Shown here: positions 30,489-38,929 of the stretch, one piece after another
How the letters are laid out: every line of letters begins with the position of its first letter
How positions within the stretch are numbered: position 1 is the stretch's first letter
Assembly (NCBI GenBank): GCA_045606105.1
Contig: JAZURI010000001.1
Span: 32,001 to 96,000 of the forward strand
Source of the DNA: Spirochaetia bacterium
GTDB lineage: Bacteria; Spirochaetota; Spirochaetia; CADAEX01
Length of the DNA: 64,000 bases
Direction: 5' to 3'
Translations under genes and position numbers: made by a program
The notes under the pieces: model-generated
Database searches by the model: none
Seen by the model: the letters and a program-made list of their open reading frames with translations, nothing else
What the model was told of the DNA's origin: nothing

Positions 30489-31551
30489 AGTTCATATCAG
30501 CAAACGGAATGCAATACCTATGTACCAGGCCTGGCTCATCAGGGTTGCTGCCATAGTTCTTTCTCTCATAGTCTGCGCCTTTGTGATATATGCCATGACA
30601 AAGCTTAACCCGGCCGAGGTCTACAAGGCCATTTTCGACGGAAGCTTTGCCACCAAGCGCAAGTTCTGGGTTCTGCTCCAGAATACGGCGGTTCTCCTGT
30701 GTATAGCCCTGGCGGTAACACCGGTCTTCAAGATGAAGTTCTGGAATCTCGGTGCGGAAGGACAGGTCCTGGTGGGGGCTCTTGCCAGTGCCGCTCTCAT
30801 GTTCTATGCAAAGGATACACTTCCGGGATGGCTTCTTATAGTACTTATGCTTCTGGCCTCATTGGTTGCCGGCTGTATCTGGGGCGGAGTTCCGGGGTAT
30901 TTCAAGGCCCGTTTCGGAACCAACGAGACCCTTTTTACCCTTATGATGAACTATGTGGCCATACAGTTGGTTTCTTTCAGTATTGCGGTGTGGGTTCCCA
31001 ACGGCTCTGCAGTTTTAGGTATCCTTAACAGAAACACTCAGTGCGGATGGATTCCTCCTATCCTGGGACAGAAATATCTGTTCAATGTACTGGTGGTGGG
31101 GCTTCTTACCATTATCATGTATGTTTATCTGAAGTACAGCAAGCAGGGATACGAAATCTCCGTTGTGGGGGAAAGCGAGAATACTGCCCGATATATCGGT
31201 ATAGATGTAAAGAATGTCATCATCAGGACCTCATGTCTCAGCGGTACCTTGGCCGGTCTGGCAGGATTTATCCTTATGGCAGGGACAAACCATACAGTTT
31301 CCGCTACCATGGCCGGAGGAAACGGCTTTACCGCAGTTCTGGTATCCTGGCTGGCAAAGTTCAATCCCGTCATGATGATATTCACCTCCATGCTTATAGT
31401 TTTCATGCAGCGTGGAAGCGGTGAAATTGCCCAGGTATTCAGGCTCAGCAGCCATATTTCCAGTATAGCCACGGGAATTATCCTGTTTTTCATCATAGGA
31501 AGTGAATTCTTTATAAATTACCGTATTGTTGTGAAAGGAGCTGACAAATGA
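30475..31551 (+). CDS. ABC transporter permease
   Basis: WNLGAEGQ, NE...TLMMNY, multiple TM helices. Confidence 0.9.
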   Translation: MRLPEVHISKRNAIPMYQAWLIRVAAIVLSLIVCAFVIYAMTKLNPAEVYKAIFDGSFATKRKFWVLLQNTAVLLCIALAVTPVFKMKFWNLGAEGQVLVGALASAALMFYAKDTLPGWLLIVLMLLASLVAGCIWGGVPGYFKARFGTNETLFTLMMNYVAIQLVSFSIAVWVPNGSAVLGILNRNTQCGWIPPILGQKYLFNVLVVGLLTIIMYVYLKYSKQGYEISVVGESENTARYIGIDVKNVIIRTSCLSGTLAGLAGFILMAGTNHTVSATMAGGNGFTAVLVSWLAKFNPVMMIFTSMLIVFMQRGSGEIAQVFRLSSHISSIATGIILFFIIGSEFFINYRIVVKGADK

Positions 31552-32531
31552 TAGAAACCATCGGCTTTTTCATTTTTTCTTCCATAAGGCAGGGTGTTCC
31601 TCTTCTGTTCGGTGCCACAGGGGAAATCATTTCCGAAAAGGGCGGCCAGCTTAATCTCGGTATTCCGGGCATCATGTACATGGGCGGTATTTCAGGCATT
31701 ATAGGGGGGTATCTCTACGAGCATTACTGTGCCGATCCGGTACCTCTTCTCTGTATACTTATTCCGTTGGTCTTTACTCTGGTGGGCAGCTGTCTCATGA
31801 CTCTGATCTACAGCTTTCTTACAATCACCCTCCGGGCAAACCAGAATGTAACAGGCCTGGCACTCACCACATTCGGTGTAGGTGTAGGAAACTTCTTCGG
31901 AGGCTCTCTTCTCAGCTTTTTCGGTGAATCGGGTTCCATTTCTCTCATTACCACAGGACAATGGTATCAGGCGCATCTTCCGATAGCAGACAAGCTGGGC
32001 GTTTTCGGCTCCACCTTCCTCAGTCTGGGATTCCTGGCATACATATCCGTGATAATTGCCATTCTTACCGGATGGTTCCTTAACAAGACAAGAACCGGAC
32101 TTCATCTCCGTGCAGTTGGAGAGAACCCTGCAACAGCAGATGCAGCGGGAATAAATGTAACAAAATATAAGTATCTTTCAAGCCTTATCGGCGGAATGAT
32201 TGCCGGATTGGGCGGACTCTACTGGGTAATGGACTACACAGGAGGAACCTGGACCAACAACGGCTTCGGTGACAGGGGATGGCTGGCCATAGCAATCGTT
32301 ATCTTTGCTCTGTGGAAAGCCAAGGCAGCAATACTCTGCTCCTTTGTTTTCGGGGGACTCTATATCTGCAGTATCCTGATTCCGGGACTTTCCTCTGCTC
32401 AGAAGGAGCTCATAAATATGGCTCCTTACGTGGTTACCATCCTGGTACTTATAATCACCAGCATAAAGAACCACCGGGAGAATCAGCCTCCGGCACATCT
32501 GGGACTCAATTATTTCAGGGAAGACAGGTAG
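31548..32531 (+). CDS. ABC transporter permease
   Basis: GEIISEKGG.LNLG, RAVGENP..AD.AG, GWLAIA. Confidence 0.9.
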   Translation: MIETIGFFIFSSIRQGVPLLFGATGEIISEKGGQLNLGIPGIMYMGGISGIIGGYLYEHYCADPVPLLCILIPLVFTLVGSCLMTLIYSFLTITLRANQNVTGLALTTFGVGVGNFFGGSLLSFFGESGSISLITTGQWYQAHLPIADKLGVFGSTFLSLGFLAYISVIIAILTGWFLNKTRTGLHLRAVGENPATADAAGINVTKYKYLSSLIGGMIAGLGGLYWVMDYTGGTWTNNGFGDRGWLAIAIVIFALWKAKAAILCSFVFGGLYICSILIPGLSSAQKELINMAPYVVTILVLIITSIKNHRENQPPAHLGLNYFREDR

Positions 32532-32534
32532 GAC

Positions 32535-32762
32535 TTATTTTACAGCCTTACCATCCAGAATGAAGAATTTATCCTTGTTTGGTTCAATCTCAGGCTTTAC
32601 CACCTTTTCGGTCCAGTCCTGAGGTGCTACCTCTTCAAAGGAAACTGAAATTGCCTCTCTGGGACAACCCCACAGCTCTTCAAAAGCTGCTGTAATCCTG
32701 TCAGCAACCTCTTTCTTTATCTTTTCATCCTTTGGATAAGCTTTTACTGCAATGTATGGCAT
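32535..32762 (-). CDS. 4-oxalocrotonate tautomerase family protein
   Basis: N-terminal Pro (MPYIAVK), about 75 aa, ISVSFEEV...W. Confidence 0.8.
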   Translation of the reverse strand: MPYIAVKAYPKDEKIKKEVADRITAAFEELWGCPREAISVSFEEVAPQDWTEKVVKPEIEPNKDKFFILDGKAVK

Positions 32763-32855
32763 AGTTTTACTCCTTCTTTGATTATAGCACGACAGACCTG
32801 ACAAAGAAAGGGAAAGTTGGAATTTGTTGCTTTTCTCTTTGTTTTTTCTTATCTT

Positions 32856-33572
32856 ATGAATATGGAAAACAAGAAAGCTGTTGTGGCTGGTGCCGTGGTG
32901 CTGGCATTGGGAATCCTTTTTGCAGGAATTTCCCTTACATTCGGAATTAAAGCATTGAAGGCAGATCAGAGAACCGTAACTGTACGCGGATTGTCAGAAC
33001 GGGAATTTGCTGCGGATATGGCAGCATGGCCGGTAACCTTTACCGTAAGCGGCAACGAGCTCCCTACTCTCCGTCAGGAAATCGTGACCAAGACCGATAT
33101 CATCATCGATTTTCTCAAGGCTCACGGCATCAAGGATGGGGAATACACCGTGAAGGAGCCTGCTATCACCGATATCACAGCCAATCCTTATATGGATCAG
33201 AACCAGAAGCGGTATAAATATTTTGCAAAGAACGTGATTTTTGTCCGTTCATCCGATATTGCGGCTGTAAACTCTGCCTTGACCGATTCTATCAACCTGA
33301 TGGACAGCGGAATTGCACTGTCCAACGAGTACGGCAGCCAGATTGAGTACCTTTTTACAGCTCTCAATGACATAAAGCCTGAGATGATTGCTGAAGCCAC
33401 CAGAAACGCACGGGAGGCAGCGGAGCAGTTTGCACTGGATTCGGGAAGCCGGGTAGGCAAGATCAAGAAGGCGACCCAGGGGCTTTTTTCCATTGAGGAT
33501 GCAGCACCGGGATTGCCTGAGAAAAAGAGCGTCCGGGTGGTCACCACCGTGGAATATATCCTTACAGACTGA
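32856..33572 (+). CDS. SIMPL (DUF541) domain protein
   Basis: RTVTVRGLSE, KPEMIAEA..NAR.AA.QFA.DS, A.QG.FSI, RVVTTVEY. Confidence 0.85.
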   Translation: MNMENKKAVVAGAVVLALGILFAGISLTFGIKALKADQRTVTVRGLSEREFAADMAAWPVTFTVSGNELPTLRQEIVTKTDIIIDFLKAHGIKDGEYTVKEPAITDITANPYMDQNQKRYKYFAKNVIFVRSSDIAAVNSALTDSINLMDSGIALSNEYGSQIEYLFTALNDIKPEMIAEATRNAREAAEQFALDSGSRVGKIKKATQGLFSIEDAAPGLPEKKSVRVVTTVEYILTD

Positions 33573-33630
33573 TGTAAAGAAAAACATTGACAATTGCTTT
33601 ATAAAGATGTATCCCTGATTTACAGGGAGA

Positions 33631-33897
33631 ATGACTATGGCAATGACAATGGTAAATTTCAGGATGGATTCCGATCTGAAACAGGAAATGGAGTCTGTCT
33701 GCAAGGAGATGGGATTATCAATGACTACAGCATTCACTATTTTTGCCAGAAAGGTCAGCCGTGAAAAAAGGATACCTTTTGAAATCGCAGTAGATCCTTT
33801 TTATTCAGAAGTAAACATAAACTACCTGAAAAAGCTTGTTTCAGATATCGATTCAGGAAAAGCAGTTTTTACCGAGCACGATATTATTGAGAACTGA
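33631..33897 (+). CDS. RelB/DinJ-family antitoxin
   Basis: VNFRMD..LK, MGLSMTTAF.IFA, RIPFEI..DPFYSE.N. Confidence 0.88.
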   Translation: MTMAMTMVNFRMDSDLKQEMESVCKEMGLSMTTAFTIFARKVSREKRIPFEIAVDPFYSEVNINYLKKLVSDIDSGKAVFTEHDIIEN

Positions 33898-33908
33898 GCA
33901 TGAAGCTG

Positions 33909-34319
33909 TCAGAAGTTGATTTCCTGATTTCCAAATTTTAATTTTTTCGGTGTATAGGTATTATAGTCAAAAGTAAGATAATAAGTGGTTCTGATCATTG
34001 CTCCAAATCCATTCTGTGCATCTACATGTCCTTTTGCCGTTATTGTTCCGTCAGAATTTTTAGATGTGAACTCATATTGGTCAAAAGAGCAGAATTTTGC
34101 TGTTGTAGGTGCTACCAGAAGTTCTTTTATTAATGTTTCACAGTAGTACTTACACATGAATATTTCATCCTTTGTTAAATATGTATGGTCATTTATTTTT
34201 CCGACAAAAGATTTATTTTTATAGATTGGTTCTGTATTAACTAAAACTTCATCTATTTTCTGTTCTACAACCCATACCATAAGGTCATTTTTACTTTCTA
34301 TATTTTTATCTTTAATCAA
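33909..34319 (-). CDS. AT-rich hypothetical protein, probably a 5'-damaged remnant
   Basis: TTG start without SD; frame closes at TAG 34368-34370; L.APTTAKF and VDAQNGFGA motif. Confidence 0.45.
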   Translation of the reverse strand: MIKDKNIESKNDLMVWVVEQKIDEVLVNTEPIYKNKSFVGKINDHTYLTKDEIFMCKYYCETLIKELLVAPTTAKFCSFDQYEFTSKNSDGTITAKGHVDAQNGFGAMIRTTYYLTFDYNTYTPKKLKFGNQEINF

Positions 34320-34543
34320 ATAACTTTTGTTGTCATTTATTGTAAAGTTGCATGAAGAATAAGAAAACTATTTCTTACTTGTAATTCATTATAAATATCT
34401 ATAAATAAAAGAAATAATTCTATTCATCCTTTATAATTCTCATGAACATTAAAAACTGTTAAAAATGAAGAAAAAAGCCTTTTAAACCCCTGTTTAACCC
34501 CCTTTTTTGACCAATCTTGTTACCTAAACTGTTACCCTAAAAT

Positions 34544-34575
34544 TTTAAAGAGAGTACCGGTTTCCCGGCACCCTC
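34544..34575 (-). terminator. Hairpin terminator after dam
   Basis: Minus strand GAGGGTGCCGG-GAAA-CCGGTACTCTC followed by TTT. Confidence 0.6.
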
Positions 34576-35358
34576 TTAAATCTGATAATTAGCAGTCAAT
34601 ACCTCAATCTTTTCCTTTGGGTTCCCAGACTGAATTGACATAGGCTTTGCCATTCTTATTTCTATCTGATACCAACCATTTTTCTTGGTATATTCTCGAA
34701 GCAGCGGATGTCTAAAGGAACTAAGAAGAAACTTCCCTGAAATAGTTTCCAATAATTGAAGAAGCCGCTCAAAGTCCTCTTTCGAATATCCATCGTAATG
34801 TCCCTGGTCAGTATCCGGATACGGTGGGTCTAAATAAAAGAATGTTTCGGGTCTGTCTCTTGAACTTATTATTTTAAGAGCGTCATAACATTCTATCTGA
34901 ACATTTTGAAGCCTGATAGCCAAATCTTCTGAAAATTGCTCACGCTTGTTTTTAAGCTTTTTAGTTGTAGTTCCGCCCACATCATAACCCCATCCAGCTT
35001 CCCAACTGGCTCCAAAAGAAGCGTTGGCTAAAACCCAAACGGCCCAGGCTCTTTTAATTTTGTCAAACATCTCTGGATTCTCGTTTATTACTCGTGCCTG
35101 GTGATGAAGTCTCCGGCTGTGCAGGCTTATCATAATTTCTTGAGCGAGTAACGAGAAATGATTCTGCAGCACCTCGTAAAAATTGATAAGTTCTCCATTC
35201 GTGTCGTTGATGATTTCCGAAGCGGAAGGTTCCTTCCTGAAAAACACAGCGCCGCCCCCGATAAATGGTTCGCAGTAAATTTCATGTTTTGGCATTAAGC
35301 TGATAATTTTCTGTGCCAGCTGTTGTTTGCCCCCATAGTAAGTAATTGGTGTCTTCAT
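34576..35358 (-). CDS. D12-class DNA adenine methyltransferase
   Basis: YYGGK, EPFIGGG, INDTNG.LINFY, YLDPPY; AAGGAGG SD. Confidence 0.92.
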   Translation of the reverse strand: MKTPITYYGGKQQLAQKIISLMPKHEIYCEPFIGGGAVFFRKEPSASEIINDTNGELINFYEVLQNHFSLLAQEIMISLHSRRLHHQARVINENPEMFDKIKRAWAVWVLANASFGASWEAGWGYDVGGTTTKKLKNKREQFSEDLAIRLQNVQIECYDALKIISSRDRPETFFYLDPPYPDTDQGHYDGYSKEDFERLLQLLETISGKFLLSSFRHPLLREYTKKNGWYQIEIRMAKPMSIQSGNPKEKIEVLTANYQI

Positions 35359-35384
35359 TGTTTTCCTCCTTTAGATAATGAAGA

Positions 35385-35491
35385 ACCGCACCGATAAATT
35401 AATTACGGATGATAGCAGTTTTACTGCAGGTGGTGCTACACCTGGCCGGGGGGGGGCGTCCCCTCGACCTGTCATCCGTTTATCTTGCGGT
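35385..35491 (-). ncRNA. Candidate structured RNA (four-way junction on a long stem) in the dam leader
   Basis: Nested complementary segments ACCGCA/TGCGGT, GATAAA/TTTATC, CGGATGA/TCATCCG enclosing three hairpins; strand inferred from context. Confidence 0.6.
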
Positions 35492-35496
35492 ACCAG

Positions 35497-36160
35497 TTAT
35501 TCTTTTTCATTTCCAAATATCCTTTTTTTTGCAATATCGAAGTATTTCTCTTGAATCTCATAACCTATAAACTTGCGATTCAGCACCTTGGCAGCTACAC
35601 CTGTGGTACCACTCCCCATAAAGCAATCCAGGACAACATCGTTTTCTGTTGTACCGTCTTGGATAAGTTTTTTAATAAGGTTGACAGGCTTCTGGGTAGG
35701 ATGGACTTTCTCTCCATCTGTTTTTTTAGCCCCAGAAGAAAACCCAGGAATATCCATAATAACATTACTCCCCCCCCCTCGAAATTTTTGATTTTCCAGT
35801 TGCAAAAATAATAAACTCATGAGCATAGCTATAATAAGAGCCGGGTCCGGCTCCTTTGTCCCAGACTAACAAGTTTTTGATTGTAAGAAACTCATTGATG
35901 ATGGGGTAATAGAACGCATAACCCCGCCAGTCAGTAAAAAAGTAAAAGGAATAATCTGCAGAAAGAACCCTTTTTATTTCTTTCATCAGAGCTTTAAAAA
36001 AATAGGCACTGATATTCAGGTCCGCAAATTCATAGGAACTGCCGTTGTGACTAAGACCTTGGAAGTAAGGAGGGTCTGTAATAATGCAGTTGACGCCGTG
36101 ATCCGGCAGTTTCTTTATTCCTTCGAGGCAATCCGTGTTATAAATTTTTACATTTTCCAT
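35497..36160 (-). pseudogene. Beta-class N4/N6 DNA methyltransferase split by a frameshift at a G9 tract (35770-35778)
   Basis: ORF 35765-36160 has TDPPY; ORF 35497-35826 has HPTQKP and DCFMGSGTT; G8 would join them into 220 aa. Confidence 0.85.
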
Positions 36161-36161
36161 A

Positions 36162-36189
36162 TTGACTTCCTTTAAAAATATGTTATTAT
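36162..36189 (+). promoter_or_regulatory. sigma70 promoter antisense to the late operon
   Basis: TTGACT (36162-67), 16 nt spacer, TGn-TATTAT (36184-89). Confidence 0.6.
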
Positions 36190-36195
36190 TAATTT

Positions 36196-36271
36196 AGAAG
36201 TGGAAACCAAGGAAGCGATGTATTCCCGCCTATGGAATATGGAGCTAAACATTATGGTTTCCATTTTTTTT
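36196..36271 (+). ncRNA. Candidate ~75-nt small RNA overlapping the 3' end of MuF-toxin
   Basis: Downstream of the promoter; closing stem AAGTGGAAACCA/TGGTTTCCATTT, inner hairpin TATTCC-N7-GGAATA, ends in T8. Confidence 0.55.
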
Positions 36272-37733
36272 GCTTTATCGTTTGCCGTGAAATATTATAA
36301 ATTTTGTTCTGCCAGTCTAAAATTACTTCTTTAACAGGGGTCATAATAACCCCTTTATACAATCCATTAATAATTTCATCGGAAGTTGTTTCTGGCAAGG
36401 CTTTTATATATACAATTCTTGCATGTTGAGCTCGACCAGCCCGCTGAATATCATTAGCAATAGAAGTTGTTTTAGGGTTTTTCATTTCACCAATTTGGTT
36501 GTCAATTAACATGTCTGGATTCTTAACTTTAAAAAGGTTACCAGCAGGCAGCATATAAACCTTGTGTCCATTATCTGCTAATCTCCTTGCATTATCATAT
36601 TCTATTTTTGCATCTGTAGGTTCTTTTGCTTCATCCCAGTTTGTGGCTAGTTTTATATAGCCCCCTGTTTTTGATGTATAGTCCAATTTATACCCTTTAA
36701 GTATTTCTTTCTGATAATTTTTCATGTCAAGGTCATATGCCTCCTGAAGAACATCTTTCCAGATTCCAAAATCCTCTGCTCTTTTAATCATAGACGGAGT
36801 AAGTTGCCACCAACTTTCTTTTTCTACAGGATTACCACCGAATCCCTCCTGTGGTTTAAATTTGCGGAACCGCTTCATAGGAGGTTCCTCAACAATTACA
36901 TCTTTGGCAACCTGGGAACTATAAATTCCACGGAATGTTGTCCTGCAATTAAAATGATAAGGTGGGTATCCATACCGATCCCAGAAAGGATGGTCTGCAG
37001 GGAGAGCCAACCCATTAGTCTCCTGAAAAAGCTCGTGGCAGATATGGCTCTGGCGGTCATCATTGATAAAGAAAAGCTGTATAGCCACCGGTTTTGTATC
37101 TTCAAACTCGGTGAGCTTGCCGGAAGTATATATGGTGTTCATATTTGTCCGGTAAACAGTCTCCCAATAGCCCGGTCTTATCGGATCAATATTATCGGTG
37201 TCTATGAGATTTTTTAAATCGCTCCAGCTCTCTGAAATTCCTTTGCCTTTCTCCACTGCATCTATAAGCTGCTGCTGCACCTGGTATACATAATCTGCCT
37301 TGGTCTGGTTTGCAACGCAAAAAGCTCTAAACCGCAGCTTTGGTTCAAGCTCTTCCCATTCTTCTTGGGTAACAGGAATTTGACCTCTTAAGAAATCAAG
37401 AGATTTATCAAATACGACTTCATCAACATCTGCAGAGTTGATTTTTTTAGCCGCATGATTCATTCCGAGCAAGAACGCTCCGGCAAAGGTTATTTCTGAA
37501 TCTTCTACCAATTTGTTGTCGGATGCGATATCGATAGAATAGGCTTCTTCTATCTTTTCTTTTGCAGGAGCTTTGCCATCTGGTGAAAGATGCTTTAAAT
37601 AGTTTTTTAACTCTTCTGCAACAGCCTTATAAAAACGTTTTTTTGCAGCGGTGACAAAGTTCTCAAACTCCTGGCTTTTTATGACTTCCTCTGCAAAGCT
37701 TGTGTCGCTTAAGAGAAGTTCAGAGCTTTTTTT
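36252..37733 (-). CDS. MuF (gp30) minor head protein with C-terminal PD-(D/E)xK CdiA_C-like nuclease; no canonical start in the first 74 codons
   Basis: ETVYRTN, DDRQS..C, HPFW...PP.HFNCR (MuF); KNPDMLID...GEMKNP (nuclease); frame open from 37733. Confidence 0.85.
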   Translation of the reverse strand, partial: KKSSELLLSDTSFAEEVIKSQEFENFVTAAKKRFYKAVAEELKNYLKHLSPDGKAPAKEKIEEAYSIDIASDNKLVEDSEITFAGAFLLGMNHAAKKINSADVDEVVFDKSLDFLRGQIPVTQEEWEELEPKLRFRAFCVANQTKADYVYQVQQQLIDAVEKGKGISESWSDLKNLIDTDNIDPIRPGYWETVYRTNMNTIYTSGKLTEFEDTKPVAIQLFFINDDRQSHICHELFQETNGLALPADHPFWDRYGYPPYHFNCRTTFRGIYSSQVAKDVIVEEPPMKRFRKFKPQEGFGGNPVEKESWWQLTPSMIKRAEDFGIWKDVLQEAYDLDMKNYQKEILKGYKLDYTSKTGGYIKLATNWDEAKEPTDAKIEYDNARRLADNGHKVYMLPAGNLFKVKNPDMLIDNQIGEMKNPKTTSIANDIQRAGRAQHARIVYIKALPETTSDEIINGLYKGVIMTPVKEVILDWQNKIYNISRQTIKQKKWKP

Positions 37734-38929
37734 TTACCAGAATCAGAAAGCATAAAACCCTGGGGCTGTGTCTCTTTCTTGAAAGTGTCATCATCATCGG
37801 CAGGCTGTGGCAATCCGTAGTCTGTATAAAGGGCCTGCTTGGACACAGGAACACCTCTGTCTATTGCCTGCATAAGCTGGTCAAAGCTGGCCTTCTTCTC
37901 GACATTGAACTCAAACTTTGGAGCTATGACATCGGGGCCAAAGTTAAGCTCTACAGTCCAGTCAATTACATGCTGGAGGACGTTCTGCAGCTCCAGGGCA
38001 ATTCCCTTGCAGTCCTCATATAAAAGATCTGCCTGGACTTCTCCCAGGGCAAGGCTGCCGCCGTCTGTCTTGCTGGTGGCAATAGCCTGGCCAGTCAGAC
38101 CGTAACAGATTTGTGTGTCGCAGGCGTCGACCAGGGAAGCAAATCCAATAAGATCTCCTGCCATCCCGACTTCCTTGACATCCCGGATATTTGCCACAGC
38201 TGATGCGGAGCCGGACTCCACACCCAGCAGCATGCGGGCTATATCGTCGGCGCGTTTCTGGATTGAATTCTCATCTCCGTCTGCCTCGAACAGAGCGATG
38301 ATTGATTTGACGCTAAACTTCTCGGTGGCCTGGAGCCAGAACTCGTAGCCGGCCTGCTTGAACATCCATGCCCAGTACACGCAGCGGAGGACAGATGTAC
38401 CATAAGGGTTCTCGTCGTCCGGGTCGTGCTGGAAACGGAGCCACTTATAGTCCTCGTCCAGCTTCTTGCGGTCGCCTATGCCGCCCCAGAAAAGTTCCCA
38501 GTCCGCATTGAAGTAAAAGCGGTCAGGTTTCCTGGTGATGATATTCTCCGGTATCCACTTGCCGGAATTTAAAGCCGGATCTGCCCAGACAAGTTCAGAG
38601 ATGGAAAAACCGTAGTCGAGGGCTGCGAGCATTCTTTTCTCTTTTTTGTACATGTTTTGGAACAGGGGGATATTCCTGATAAAATCATATACTTTGTCAG
38701 GGCAATCTTCCGGCTGATTTATAGCGTGTGGGAAATTGAGGGCAGTGGTCTTGAGCTTGTTCAGGAGAGATTTGATCCTACCGTCTGTCCTCATCTTGCG
38801 GTAGGTCTCGTATGACTCGACAGTTCCCGAGACTATGTCATCAGGGTTTGGCATATAGTTGAGGAAAGACCCCAGCTTGTTGTCGTTTATGACCTGGCTG
38901 GTCATTGTTTTTTTGTCCGCTTTTTTCAT
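37709..38929 (-). CDS. Portal protein, Mu gp29/DUF935-like
   Basis: D.RIKSLL, ALDYGFS..E.VW, NPYG.S.LR..YW.W.FK, GQ, SLALGEVQ. Confidence 0.88.
   Translation of the reverse strand: MKKADKKTMTSQVINDNKLGSFLNYMPNPDDIVSGTVESYETYRKMRTDGRIKSLLNKLKTTALNFPHAINQPEDCPDKVYDFIRNIPLFQNMYKKEKRMLAALDYGFSISELVWADPALNSGKWIPENIITRKPDRFYFNADWELFWGGIGDRKKLDEDYKWLRFQHDPDDENPYGTSVLRCVYWAWMFKQAGYEFWLQATEKFSVKSIIALFEADGDENSIQKRADDIARMLLGVESGSASAVANIRDVKEVGMAGDLIGFASLVDACDTQICYGLTGQAIATSKTDGGSLALGEVQADLLYEDCKGIALELQNVLQHVIDWTVELNFGPDVIAPKFEFNVEKKASFDQLMQAIDRGVPVSKQALYTDYGLPQPADDDDTFKKETQPQGFMLSDSGKKKALNFS

Noticed and set aside
33901-33906. TGAAGC matching the first bases of the Mu right end
   Set aside because: A 6-bp match is expected by chance, and no repeated binding sites follow it
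35406-35478. SAM-I riboswitch upstream of dam (AGGTCGAGGGGAC...CCCGGC...GGTG...CCTGCAG resembles the consensus)
   Set aside because: The P1 AUC/GAU arrangement and the GCAACC element of the SAM pocket are missing; kept only as an unassigned structured RNA
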